A stretch of 39,193 nt of DNA from the NCBI GenBank assembly GCA_045543895.1, contig JAZPXW010000146.1:1-39193 (forward strand), written 5' to 3'. Below, piece by piece: positions 27,951 through 37,370 of the stretch. The stretch comes from Faecousia sp. (GTDB taxonomy: Bacteria > Bacillota > Clostridia > Oscillospirales > Oscillospiraceae). Below the pieces are notes generated by a model, which searched no databases, was not told the origin of the DNA, and saw nothing but the letters and a program-made list of their open reading frames with translations. The position numbers were made by a program, and so were the translations under genes. The first letter of the stretch is position 1. Each line of letters opens with the position of its first letter.

Positions 27951-30900
27951 TTACTTCTTGCCGAACTTCTTGATGCCCAGGAAGATGACCAAGGCTGCCA
28001 CAGCCAGGACGGCCAAACCGCCCACCAGGATAGCAGGAGTCTTGCTGCCCTCGTCCTTATCATCGGTTGCGCCGGTGGTAGTGGTATCGTCAACGGCATT
28101 GGTAGGAGCCTCAGTAGTGGCCTCGGTGGTGGCTTCGGTAGCGGGAGTCTCCAGCTTAGCCAGAACGATCGCTTCCTTAGTTGTGCTCTTGGTGCACGCT
28201 TCGTCGGTCCACATACCCTGGCAGGTCTCGCACTCCCAGTACTCGATGTTGCCCTCAGCCTCGGTAGTAGCATCCTTGGCTTCCACATGGCTCAGCTTGT
28301 GGCCCAGAGCGGCAACGGTGTCGCTCTTGCTGACATTGCCGCAGACAGAGCAGGTGTTGGTGGTATAGCCTTCCTCGGTGCAGGTGGGCTCGGTCACCAC
28401 AGAAGTGTTGGTGTGCGCCTTCTTTGCGATCTCGGAATAGGTGCTGTAGTTGCAGCGAGAGCAAGCCTCGTAAGCCTTCCAGCCAACCTGAGAGCAGGTG
28501 GGCTCCTTGGCTGCATACTGGGCAATGTTGTGGCCCAGAGCAGGCTCAAAGACATGGTCGCAGCGGGTGCAGGTCTGGGCAGCGGTACAGGTAGCCTTTG
28601 CGCCGGCATTGTGACCCAGGGCTGCTACCAGGACCTTGTCGCAACGGGTGCAGATCTGTGCGGTCTCACAGGTGGTTTCCGCGCCAGCCTCGTGACCCAG
28701 AGCCTCCGCAAACACATGGTCGCAGCGGATACAGGTCTGGGCGGTCTCACAGGTAGCTTCCGCGCCGGCTTCGTGACCCAAAGCAGCGGCAAATACATGG
28801 TCGCAGCGGGTACAGGTCTGTGCCGTTTCACAGGTTGCAGCTGCGCCGGCCTCGTGGCCCAGAGCCGCTACCAGAACCTTGTCGCAACGGGTACAGGTCT
28901 GAGCGGTTTCACAGGTTGCTTCGTCACTGGGTTCATGACCCAGAGCGGTTACAAACACATGGTCGCAGCGGGTACAGGTCTGGGCGGTTTCACAGGTTGC
29001 TTCGGCGCCGGCCTCGTGACCCAGAGCAGCAGCAAACACATGGTCGCAGCGGGTACAGGTCTGTGCAGTTTCACAGGTTGCTGCTGCGCCGGCTTCGTGG
29101 CCCAGAGCAGCTACCAGAACTTCATTACAACGGGTACAGGTCTGTGCGCTTTCGCAGGTGGCCTCTGCGCCAGCTTCGTGACCCAGAGCAGCAACGGTCT
29201 CACCATCGACCAGCACGGTCTGGCAGTCGGTGCAGATCAGAGCATCCTTGTAACCGGCTTCGGTACAGGTAGCAGCCTTCTGATCAACAGTGGTGTTGCT
29301 GTGGGTACAAGCATCACCGATCACGGTAGTGAAGTAGGTCACGGTCTCCTGGGAACCGGGTACGGAGTAAGTGACGCTAATACTCTTAACACGAACCTGA
29401 GCAGACAGCTTGGAAATATCGAGGCTGTCCTGGGGGGCGTTGAAGGTAACAGTAACCTTGGAACCGCTGGCAACAGAACCGGAAATGGAGTTCTTCAGTG
29501 CGGTTGCGTATTTGCTGGCGTCGCAGGTAAACTCGATCTGAGTCATACCGGGGCGCTCGATCTTCAGGCTGGAGCCTGCATAGAAACGGGCGGGGTTGGA
29601 GTAGTCAGCCACAGCGTTGGAGGAAGCGGCCTTCAAGTTGGTAACGGTAATGCCGTTCTGCGCCCAAACCTGCTTGGTACTGTTAAACTCGGTACGCTGT
29701 GCGGTGCTTGCAAAGCTGATAGAGACCGTGCCCGCAGAGGGTTCCACAACGGTGGTCTTCTCGTAGCTGTACAGAGCGTACAGGGTGGTATCCTGCTTTG
29801 CGCGGTAGGTCTCGCCGGGCTTCAGGAATTCGACCTGCTCGGTAACATTGTCTACCGCTTCGGTTACCCAGCCCAGGAAGGTGTAACCCTCCACGGTACC
29901 TGTGGCAGGCAGGGTGATGCCATTGGGATCGCACACCATGGGAGCGACCGCAGCCACGCCATTGGGAACCAGGAAGTAAACGTTAAACTTCGGTGCGTTA
30001 GGATCCATCTGACCGCAGCCGGAGCAGAAGTGATCCACATAGTTGTGACCAGGAGCAGCGATCACATCGCCTTCGTCGATGACCTCACCGCAATCGGTGC
30101 AGGTGACCTTACCGGTGAATCCATCTTCTGTGCAGGTAGCGGCCTTAGCACCCTCGACCTTGGTGTTGGCGTGCTCGCAGGCAGGCTCTGCAGGCGCTGC
30201 GGTAACGGTAATACTGTCCACACGAACCTGCTTGGACATCTTAGCGATATCGAAGCTGTCCTGAGGCTCGGCGAAGGTGACGGTGACCTTGGTGCCGCTT
30301 ACAGTAGCGGTAGCACCGGTAATGGAGTTCTTCAGATCTGTTGCATAAGTAGCGTTATCGCAAGCAAACTCGATCTTGATCATGCCGGGATATTCGATCT
30401 TCAGGCTGGAAGATGCGTAGAAACGGGCAGGGTTAAAGTAGTCGCCCACATTGGTGTTGGATCCAGCCTTCTGATTGGTTACAGTAATGCCATTCTCTTC
30501 CCAAACCTGTTCGGTAACACTATAGGCGGTACGCTTTGCCTTATCGTTAAAGGTGATGGTTGCGGTGGTGGATTCTCCTTCCACAGGGGCCTTCTCGCCG
30601 CAGACGGAGCAGGCGCCATCCACATAGCTGTGACCAGGGGCAGTGATCACATTGCCTTCGTTGATGGTCTCACCGCAATCAGAGCATACGGTTTTGCCGG
30701 TGTGACCGTCGGTGGTGCAGGTAGCATCCTTAGCATCCTGGATGGTGGTGTTGGTGTGCTGGCAGCCGGGTACATCGGGTGTTTCTCCGGTGCTGACAGC
30801 GGTAATGACAATATTCTTAACGCGAACCTGAGCGGACAGCTGTGCAATGCTCAGGCTATCCTGGGGCTCATTAAAGGTAACGGTAACCTTGGTGCCATTG

Positions 30901-32879
30901 GCAACCGCAGTAGCACCGGTGATGGAGCTCTGCAGTGCATTTGCACGATCGCTGCTGTCACAGGCGAATTCCATCTGAATCATACCGGGATACTCGATCT
31001 TCAGGCTGGAACCCTTGTAGAAGCGGGCGGGGTTGGAGTAGTCGGCCACACTGCTGGTGGAAGAGGCTTTCTCGTTGGTAACGGTGATGCCGTTCTGCTC
31101 CCAAACCTGCTTGCCGGCATTGAACTCGGTACGCTGTGCGGTGCTTGCAAAGCTGATGGTTACGGTAGTGGTCTCGCCCTGTACAGGTTCCTGTGCGCCG
31201 CAAGCGGAACAGGTGCCATTTACATAGCTGTGACCGGTAGCGATGATCACGCTGCCTGCATTGACAGTTGTGCCGCAATCGGAACATACGGTCTTGCCGG
31301 TGTGACCGTTCTCAGTACAGGTAGCTTCCTTGACACCCTCCAGCTTGGTGTTGGCGTGCTGGCAGGGAGGCACATCGGGAGTCTCACCGCCAGTCTGACC
31401 CAGGTTGCCATAGAACTGGCAGCGGAAGCCATTGAAGGAAGTGGCGCAGGGGCCGACGGTGGTGTATGTCTTATCATTTCTGGTGCCGAACCAATAGGGT
31501 TCGCCATTGACCTGAGCGATCAGCGTCTTGTTGGTGGCATCATAGGTGTAAACAGTAGAAGCGGCAGCTGCATAGACACCATTGACATGGGTGCCGCTGG
31601 TAACCATATTGATGTAGGTCTTAATGCCGCTAATGTAAGTATAGAAATAATAGCCGCCGGTGGTCTGCTCCAGATACACATCGAGAGCAGCGTTCTTATC
31701 TGTGGTGGTATCCAGATAATAGGTCTGTGCCATGCCACCCTTCAGATAATACACATCGGTCTTGGACTTGTTCTCCTGGATCATACCGAACTTGTAGGCA
31801 GTACCGGGAACAGGAGTATCCACTACGCCGTAAGCGACTTCGCCGCAGACGGTGCAGACACCGTTTGCGAACTTGTGGGCAGCGGGAACCTTGTCGTCCT
31901 GGTAGCTCTTGGAGCACAAGGTGCAGGTATAAACGGTATAACCCTCAGCGGTGCAGGTGGGAGCAACGGTGTCGCCCTTCACATAGTTATGCTCGCAGCT
32001 GACAGCGTTGGCAGCCTTGCCGGAGGGGGTGGTCATGGTGTTAGGAATGTTTTCGCCGAAGAGCAGGAAGGCCAGCTCGGGATAATCGACGAATACGTTA
32101 CGGGTGCCGGTGATAGACTGAACAGAGTCGTTACGGCCCAGCTCCCAGGTATCAACCGGGTCTTCTTCGATCCACTTCAGCATAACCTCGGGGCTCTCCA
32201 TTACGCCCTGAGTGCCCCAGGTGGTGTACTGGCCGTTGCCGTTGACATTGCCCCAGCGTACGTAGACATACAGGAAGATACGGGCTACATCGCCGCGCAG
32301 ATCCAGGGTATAGCCGGATTCGCTGTTAGGGTTGTAGTAGCCGCTGCTCTCACCGTAGGCCTTATTGCCGCGGGCAGAGTTTTCGGAGCTGGCGGTGGGA
32401 CGGAGCATCATGATGTCGTCTTCATCCTGACCGCCCAGGCCCTTACTGTTAGGCCAGGTATGCTCACGGTTCCATGTGCCGTTCCAGCTGGGACCGATGG
32501 GATTGCCGGAATAGAAAGAAGAGATCTTTCCACCGCCGTTCTGGCAGTCGGTATACTGGTACAGATTCTTGGTAGCATCATAGCTGGTCTTGTAGCTATG
32601 GGCGTTTACCATCAGATTCTGCAGTGCCTTGTACAGACTGCTGTTTGGCGCATCGTTCTTGCCGGTACCACCGGACAACGCAGACAGTGCGTCGTATGTA
32701 TTGCTGCCGGTGTAGAATGCCGCCGCATAACCGGACAGCTCCGTTGCGGTATCTCCGCGGGAACCCCAGTTGTAAACATACTCAGCTGCATTGACAGTCA
32801 GCGGAGTCGCGGGCAGCAGACTCAGGCACAGAAACAGCGCCAAAACCAGAGCCATACTGCGTTTCATGAAATTCGTCAT
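27951..32879 (-). CDS. Large secreted, C-terminally anchored endonuclease I-family nuclease with repeat domains
   Basis: Signal peptide (MKRSMALVLALFLCLSLL...VNA). Nuclease motifs WNREHTWPNS, NSARGN, RGDVARIFLY...RW, DPVD..E..RN and GTRNVFVDYPE. Three ~120-aa repeats, multiple TCTxxG...CxxC modules, eight 27-aa repeats, a Thr/Glu linker, a TM helix and a KKFGKK tail. Confidence 0.85.
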   Translation of the reverse strand: MTNFMKRSMALVLALFLCLSLLPATPLTVNAAEYVYNWGSRGDTATELSGYAAAFYTGSNTYDALSALSGGTGKNDAPNSSLYKALQNLMVNAHSYKTSYDATKNLYQYTDCQNGGGKISSFYSGNPIGPSWNGTWNREHTWPNSKGLGGQDEDDIMMLRPTASSENSARGNKAYGESSGYYNPNSESGYTLDLRGDVARIFLYVYVRWGNVNGNGQYTTWGTQGVMESPEVMLKWIEEDPVDTWELGRNDSVQSITGTRNVFVDYPELAFLLFGENIPNTMTTPSGKAANAVSCEHNYVKGDTVAPTCTAEGYTVYTCTLCSKSYQDDKVPAAHKFANGVCTVCGEVAYGVVDTPVPGTAYKFGMIQENKSKTDVYYLKGGMAQTYYLDTTTDKNAALDVYLEQTTGGYYFYTYISGIKTYINMVTSGTHVNGVYAAAASTVYTYDATNKTLIAQVNGEPYWFGTRNDKTYTTVGPCATSFNGFRCQFYGNLGQTGGETPDVPPCQHANTKLEGVKEATCTENGHTGKTVCSDCGTTVNAGSVIIATGHSYVNGTCSACGAQEPVQGETTTVTISFASTAQRTEFNAGKQVWEQNGITVTNEKASSTSSVADYSNPARFYKGSSLKIEYPGMIQMEFACDSSDRANALQSSITGATAVANGTKVTVTFNEPQDSLSIAQLSAQVRVKNIVITAVSTGETPDVPGCQHTNTTIQDAKDATCTTDGHTGKTVCSDCGETINEGNVITAPGHSYVDGACSVCGEKAPVEGESTTATITFNDKAKRTAYSVTEQVWEENGITVTNQKAGSNTNVGDYFNPARFYASSSLKIEYPGMIKIEFACDNATYATDLKNSITGATATVSGTKVTVTFAEPQDSFDIAKMSKQVRVDSITVTAAPAEPACEHANTKVEGAKAATCTEDGFTGKVTCTDCGEVIDEGDVIAAPGHNYVDHFCSGCGQMDPNAPKFNVYFLVPNGVAAVAPMVCDPNGITLPATGTVEGYTFLGWVTEAVDNVTEQVEFLKPGETYRAKQDTTLYALYSYEKTTVVEPSAGTVSISFASTAQRTEFNSTKQVWAQNGITVTNLKAASSNAVADYSNPARFYAGSSLKIERPGMTQIEFTCDASKYATALKNSISGSVASGSKVTVTFNAPQDSLDISKLSAQVRVKSISVTYSVPGSQETVTYFTTVIGDACTHSNTTVDQKAATCTEAGYKDALICTDCQTVLVDGETVAALGHEAGAEATCESAQTCTRCNEVLVAALGHEAGAAATCETAQTCTRCDHVFAAALGHEAGAEATCETAQTCTRCDHVFVTALGHEPSDEATCETAQTCTRCDKVLVAALGHEAGAAATCETAQTCTRCDHVFAAALGHEAGAEATCETAQTCIRCDHVFAEALGHEAGAETTCETAQICTRCDKVLVAALGHNAGAKATCTAAQTCTRCDHVFEPALGHNIAQYAAKEPTCSQVGWKAYEACSRCNYSTYSEIAKKAHTNTSVVTEPTCTEEGYTTNTCSVCGNVSKSDTVAALGHKLSHVEAKDATTEAEGNIEYWECETCQGMWTDEACTKSTTKEAIVLAKLETPATEATTEATTEAPTNAVDDTTTTGATDDKDEGSKTPAILVGGLAVLAVAALVIFLGIKKFGKK
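28539..29186 (-). repeat. Eight tandem 81-bp (27-aa) Cys/His repeats
   Basis: Consensus LGHEAGAEATCETAQTCTRCDHVFxxA. 8 x 81 = 648 bp, matching the span. Confidence 0.92.
29370..31160 (-). repeat. Three dispersed ~360-bp domain repeats (30801-31160, 30201-30560, 29370-29723)
   Basis: Shared QVWxxNGITVTN.KA, DY.NPARFY..SSLKIE.PGM, KVTVTF..PQDS and QVRV. Copies 1 and 2 are offset by exactly 600 bp. Confidence 0.88.
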
Positions 32880-32937
32880 ACATTCATGCCCCTTTTCCAT
32901 TTATTGTGTAGCGCATAGATGTGCTTATACAGTATGT

Positions 32938-32966
32938 AGTGTATCATACAATTTTCAATAAGGCAA
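32938..32966 (-). promoter_or_regulatory. Probable promoter of the nuclease gene
   Basis: Minus strand TTGCCT, 17 bp spacer, TACACT with an extended TG. Confidence 0.5.
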
Positions 32967-33121
32967 TCTCATTTTTGGAAATTTGCAGGATTATTTGTAA
33001 AAAACTCTAGTTTTGGAAGTCATTTTCGGTTTTTTTGTCAAATACTTGGATTTTTTACCAATTGTCTGCGGGTGCATCAAGCTCTGCTTTTATAACCCAA
33101 ATTTAACGAATCCAGCAAAGA

Positions 33122-33149
33122 CTGCCACCGAGCAATCTCTCGGTGGCAG
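33122..33149 (-). terminator. Hairpin after the Mn-catalase gene
   Basis: ctgccaccgag...ctcggtggcag, an 11-bp stem, followed by tcttt on the minus strand. Confidence 0.65.
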
Positions 33150-33167
33150 CCAACAAATAAAATATTA

Positions 33168-33833
33168 TCAGTTAGAGAACTTTGGTGGGTTCACAGGATT
33201 CCCCGCAAAGGCATTGGGGCCGGGATCCGACAGTGAAAAGTACATCTTCGCTGCTTTGGTGGTGCCAAAATCCTGGTTAGAGCCGGAATTCTGCACCTGA
33301 TTGAAGGCATCCCGGAACATCTGATTATGGGCTTCCTCCCGGTTTAGCAGGAAATCAATGGTTTCCCGAACTCTCTTATCATGGATCTGACGGTAGAGAT
33401 ACTCATAGACCACCTTTGCCCGTTGCTCCGATGCGATGTTGCTCAGCAGGTCTGCGCACAGGTCTCCGGTCACCGTCACATAGTCCCCCGTCCAGGAATA
33501 ACCGGATGCGTTGATCAGTCCCGGATTCAAGCCCAGAAGCACATGGCTCTGGATCTCGCCGCTGGGAACCTGCGCCGCGTCCACATCGTGACCGTTGAGC
33601 AAGTTGATGGTCTGGGCGATCATTTCCATGTGTCCCAGCTCCTCAGCCGCAATGTCCAGAAACAGATCCTTGATCTTGGGGTCCTTGATGCGGAAGCTCT
33701 GGGACATATACTGCATAGCGGCTTTCAGCTCGCCATTACCGCCGCCCAGCTGCTCCTGCAAAAGCGCCGCATACTGGGGATTGGGACGCTCGATCCCCAC
33801 CGGATGAAATAACTGTTTTTCGTGCTTGAACAA
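33168..33833 (-). CDS. Manganese catalase family protein
   Basis: Probable TTG start at 33833 (MFKHEKQL). Motifs EQLGGGNGELKAAMQY, DIAAEELGHMEM, NIASEQRA and REEAH supply the di-metal ligands. Confidence 0.9.
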   Translation of the reverse strand: MFKHEKQLFHPVGIERPNPQYAALLQEQLGGGNGELKAAMQYMSQSFRIKDPKIKDLFLDIAAEELGHMEMIAQTINLLNGHDVDAAQVPSGEIQSHVLLGLNPGLINASGYSWTGDYVTVTGDLCADLLSNIASEQRAKVVYEYLYRQIHDKRVRETIDFLLNREEAHNQMFRDAFNQVQNSGSNQDFGTTKAAKMYFSLSDPGPNAFAGNPVNPPKFSN

Positions 33834-33902
33834 GCACACCACTCCCTTCACTGTGATATGCTCATTCTTCCAGATACATCCGGAAAATATACATCAAAAT
33901 CC

Positions 33903-35213
33903 TTATGCCGATGGCGGATGGGGCAAATCATCGGTTGCGGGGTTATTCAGCACCTTTCCGTCTTGGTCAAACCGGGAGCCGTGGCAGGCGCAGTCCCAGG
34001 AGTGTTCCTCCCGGTTCCAGTGCAGCGCGCAGCCAAGATGCGGGCACCGGGGTTTGGTAGGACGAAGCAGGTTCACCGCTGTTTCCGCGCCGTTGCACAG
34101 CAGTTGCCGGTGGAGTATGCTCCGGGACGGAGAGAACAGTTCCGCATAGGGATTGCTCTTTCCCTGAATCAGATCTGTCAGAATCATGGCCGCAGCCATG
34201 GCTGTGCTCATTCCCCATTTCTGAAACCCGGTAGCAACATAGAGGTTCGGTGTGGCTTTGCTGTAGCTTCCAATATAGGGCATAGCGTCCAGGGGCATAC
34301 AGTCCTGTGTCGCCCAACGACTCACCATCTGGGCTTGGGGATAGAACGACCTCGCCGCTGACTCCGGCAGCTTCCAGCCAAGTCCCGGCTTTCCCGTTCG
34401 GTGTCCTCCGCCGCCCAGCAAAAGCCACTGCCCTGCGCTGCGGAACGACAGACCGTTTTCCTCGCAATCCAGATACATGCCGTCCAAATGCGGCGCGTTT
34501 TTCAGTGCGATCACATAAGACCGCTGCTGATAGAGCTTCAAAAAATAAGCGCCGTGTTTATTCAGCAGCGGGAAATGGGTGGCTACGATGATTTTCTGCG
34601 CTGTCACCACACCCTTCGGCGTTTCCACCCGGTTGCCATGGAATGCCAATGCTTTGGTATTTTCGTAGATGTGCAGGTTCTTTGCAATGTGTGAGGCCAG
34701 CTTTAAAGGATGGAACTGTCCTTGATCCGGGAAGCAAAGCGCACCTGCCACCGGAAATGGCAGCGGCAGCGAGGTTTCCCACCGGGCGGGAATGCCCAGC
34801 TTCTGATAGGCCAGCATTTCCGATTCCAGTTTTTTCACCTTATCTGTGGTGTATATATAGCTGTTTTGGGTCATAAAATCGCAATTCGCGTTTTTTGCCA
34901 AGTCTCTGAATTTTGCCAGTGCATCCCGGTTTGCCTGCCAATATAGCCGGGCTCCTTCCTGCCCAAACTTATTTATAAGCTTCTCATAGATCAGCCCATG
35001 CTGCGTTGTGAGCTTTGCGGTGGTCCGGCCGCTGACCCCTTGCATCAGCCTGTTCTGCTCGATCAGCACACAATCGATACCGGCCCTGGTCAATTCCCAG
35101 GCGCATAAAAGACCCGCCATGCCACCGCCGACCACCAGCACATCTGTACGCAGGTCCGTTTCCAGCTGCGGAAATTGGTGCATTTGTACATCATAAGCCC
35201 AAATAGAATCCAT
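33903..35213 (-). CDS. FAD-dependent oxidoreductase with a C-terminal Rieske 2Fe-2S domain (YhfW-like)
   Basis: ATG at 35213 (MDSIW). Motifs VVGGGMAG, SGRTTAKLT, WATQD and TGFQKWGM. Rieske ligands CPHLGC...WDCACHGSRF. Confidence 0.9.
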   Translation of the reverse strand: MDSIWAYDVQMHQFPQLETDLRTDVLVVGGGMAGLLCAWELTRAGIDCVLIEQNRLMQGVSGRTTAKLTTQHGLIYEKLINKFGQEGARLYWQANRDALAKFRDLAKNANCDFMTQNSYIYTTDKVKKLESEMLAYQKLGIPARWETSLPLPFPVAGALCFPDQGQFHPLKLASHIAKNLHIYENTKALAFHGNRVETPKGVVTAQKIIVATHFPLLNKHGAYFLKLYQQRSYVIALKNAPHLDGMYLDCEENGLSFRSAGQWLLLGGGGHRTGKPGLGWKLPESAARSFYPQAQMVSRWATQDCMPLDAMPYIGSYSKATPNLYVATGFQKWGMSTAMAAAMILTDLIQGKSNPYAELFSPSRSILHRQLLCNGAETAVNLLRPTKPRCPHLGCALHWNREEHSWDCACHGSRFDQDGKVLNNPATDDLPHPPSA

Positions 35214-35362
35214 TCTTTCATCACCGCAGATAGTATGCGCCAATAGCAGGAAAATAACAAAAAACCGCCGCCTTCCCCCTGGATACCTATGCTCATAGCA
35301 TACTCTTATGTACGGATATTCTGTTAAAAATACGCTATGCAACTATGAGCAAGTGTAAGGCA

Positions 35363-35539
35363 CTAACGATCTGATATTGTTTCCTGTTTTGCATTCTTTT
35401 CTCTTTCTTGCAGGATTTCGATGATAATTCGTACCGTATTCTCCGGGCTATAAACATAATTATTTATTACATAGCTCAATATGGACTCCAATTCTTCTGT
35501 TGATTGCCTTTCCAGATAGCTCCGCAGCGAATGATCCAT
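35363..35539 (-). CDS. Small hypothetical protein (58 aa), absent from the ORF track
   Basis: Hand translation: MDHSLRSYLERQSTEELESILSYVINNYVYSPENTVRIIIEILQEREKNAKQETISDR*. GGGGTG RBS-like sequence upstream. Fills an otherwise empty gap, divergent from the XRE gene. Confidence 0.6.
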   Translation of the reverse strand: MDHSLRSYLERQSTEELESILSYVINNYVYSPENTVRIIIEILQEREKNAKQETISDR

Positions 35540-35597
35540 CCTGACACCCCTATTTTTTATTTTTTAATCCCATCTCAAAACCCACCTATTTCAAGTG

Positions 35598-35668
35598 TGG
35601 ACCAGAATCAGTCCCATTGTATCATAAGAAACGAATAAAATGAACCCAAATGGACCAATTTAAGTTCA
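35598..35668. promoter_or_regulatory. Two operator-like imperfect palindromes upstream of the XRE gene
   Basis: tGGAC-cagaatca-GTCCc (35598-35615) and tGGAC-caatttaa-GTTCa (35651-35668), 53 bp apart. Confidence 0.5.
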
Positions 35669-35682
35669 CTTGGGGTGTTGGT

Positions 35683-35931
35683 ATGGAGCAAAAAATCAAG
35701 CAAGATCTTCGTATCGGTGAGAATATAAGGAAAATTCGAAAAGAGCGCAATCTGGGACAAACCGATCTTGTTCGTATGCTCCAGATCGACGGATGCGATA
35801 TGACCCGCGAGTGCTTAGTGAAGATCGAGCGTTGCACGCAACATATCCAAGCGAAACAGCTGCGGGCAATCAAAAAAGCACTGAATACAACATACGATGC
35901 TTTAATCGACGGCACGGAAGAAAACCGTTGA
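35683..35931 (+). CDS. XRE/Cro-family helix-turn-helix regulator
   Basis: ATG at 35683 after GGGGTG. HTH pattern IGENIRKIRKERNLGQTDL...LVKIER...IKKALNTTYDAL. Confidence 0.85.
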   Translation: MEQKIKQDLRIGENIRKIRKERNLGQTDLVRMLQIDGCDMTRECLVKIERCTQHIQAKQLRAIKKALNTTYDALIDGTEENR

Positions 35932-35968
35932 AGCCCCTTCCATGGAGGTTGACATCCTGCCAGACAGC

Positions 35969-36006
35969 AAAAAAGAACACCATCCATTGGAATGGTGTTC
36001 TTTTTT
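35969..36006. terminator. Bidirectional intrinsic terminator
   Basis: aaaaaagaacaccat...atggtgttctttttt, between the convergent XRE and permease genes. Confidence 0.82.
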
Positions 36007-36044
36007 TGTTGCAGCGGCAGAACTTGAAAAGATTTGTTGATCCA

Positions 36045-37370
36045 TTAAGCTTCGCTGTCCTTCGGCATGATCAGATTCATAATGATAGCAGCGAGGAACA
36101 CAACCGCAACACAGTTTTCAGCAAAAATGGTACGGATAATATCTGGGAAAATATTGAACATTTCGGGAACCTGTGTAAAGCCCAAACCGATGCCTAGGGA
36201 AAGGGCTGCAATGGTGATGTTGCGCTGGCTGAAGCCGCAGGAACCGATCATCTGCAGACCGGATATCACGATATTGCCAAACATCATGATGGTGCAGCCT
36301 CCCAAGACCGCTTCGGGCAGCGTCGCCAGGATTGCACCAAAGGCAGGGAAAATACCCGCCAGAATCAGGATAACGGCACCGGTAGCGATGGTATAACGGT
36401 TAACGACCTTAGTCATGGCAAGCAGGCCCACATTCTGACTAAAGGAGGTAATGGGCATACAGCCGAAGCAGGCGGAAAGCGAGCTGACCAAACCGTCACA
36501 GGCAAGGCTGCCGGAGATTTCCTTGTCGGTAGCTTCCCGGCCCAGAACTGTGTTGGTCATGGCTGAGGTATCACCGATGGTCTCGGTTGCGGAGACCAGG
36601 AAGATCATAGTTACGGAAACGATGGCGCTCAGATTGAACACAGGCTTGTAGGGCATGATCCGGGGCAGAGAAACTACTGTAATGCCCTCCAGTGCAGACA
36701 GGTCCACCTTACCCATAAACAGCGCCACAATGTAGCCCACCACAAGACCAAACAGGACAGAAAGCTGCTTTAGGTGTCCCTTAGCGAAGAGATTGAACAG
36801 GATGCAGCAGACCAGGGTAACGGAACCCAGGATCCAGTTCTGTGCGCTGCCAAAGTCCGCAGCACCTACACCTCCGGCGAAGGAATTTGCACCGACGCTC
36901 AGCAGGCTGAAGCCGATAGCGGTAACCACGCAGGCAGAAACGATAGGAGAAATGATACCGCGCCAGTATTTGGCAAACAGGCCCAACAAGCCTTCGATAA
37001 TACCACCCACAATGGCCGCACCAATGATCGCCTCATACCCCCACCGGGGACCCACATAGCAGAACACGGACACAAAGGTAAAGCTGATACCCATGACGAT
37101 GGGCAGCTTTGCGCCCAGCTTCCAAACGGCAAAAAGCTGGATCAGTGTGCCGATACCAGCCATGATCATGGCGGTCTGAATCAGAGAAGCAGTTTCCTGT
37201 ACGCCCAGGCCGCTGGCTCCGGCGACGATCATAATGGGAGCGATATTGGCAACAAACATTGCCAGAACATGCTGAAGGCCAAAGGGAATGGATTTCAGCA
37301 GCGGAACCCTGCCGTCCAGAGAATAGATGTTCTCCATAGACGCAGTAGTAGGCTTCTTTCTCTTTGCCAT
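36045..37370 (-). CDS. pbuX: NCS2 family xanthine/uracil permease
   Basis: Motifs GLQHVLAMF, LPIVMGISF, ETIGD and the NCS2 signature TSFSQNVG. Immediately downstream of xpt. Confidence 0.88.
   Translation of the reverse strand: MAKRKKPTTASMENIYSLDGRVPLLKSIPFGLQHVLAMFVANIAPIMIVAGASGLGVQETASLIQTAMIMAGIGTLIQLFAVWKLGAKLPIVMGISFTFVSVFCYVGPRWGYEAIIGAAIVGGIIEGLLGLFAKYWRGIISPIVSACVVTAIGFSLLSVGANSFAGGVGAADFGSAQNWILGSVTLVCCILFNLFAKGHLKQLSVLFGLVVGYIVALFMGKVDLSALEGITVVSLPRIMPYKPVFNLSAIVSVTMIFLVSATETIGDTSAMTNTVLGREATDKEISGSLACDGLVSSLSACFGCMPITSFSQNVGLLAMTKVVNRYTIATGAVILILAGIFPAFGAILATLPEAVLGGCTIMMFGNIVISGLQMIGSCGFSQRNITIAALSLGIGLGFTQVPEMFNIFPDIIRTIFAENCVAVVFLAAIIMNLIMPKDSEA

Noticed and set aside
28539-29186. 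CRISPR array
   Set aside because: The repeats are contiguous, in frame and coding, with no unique spacers and no cas genes.
27921-32918. 1665-aa plus-strand ORF
   Set aside because: It is the antisense shadow of the nuclease gene. Biased codon usage on the coding strand removes stops in this frame, and it has no recognisable motifs.
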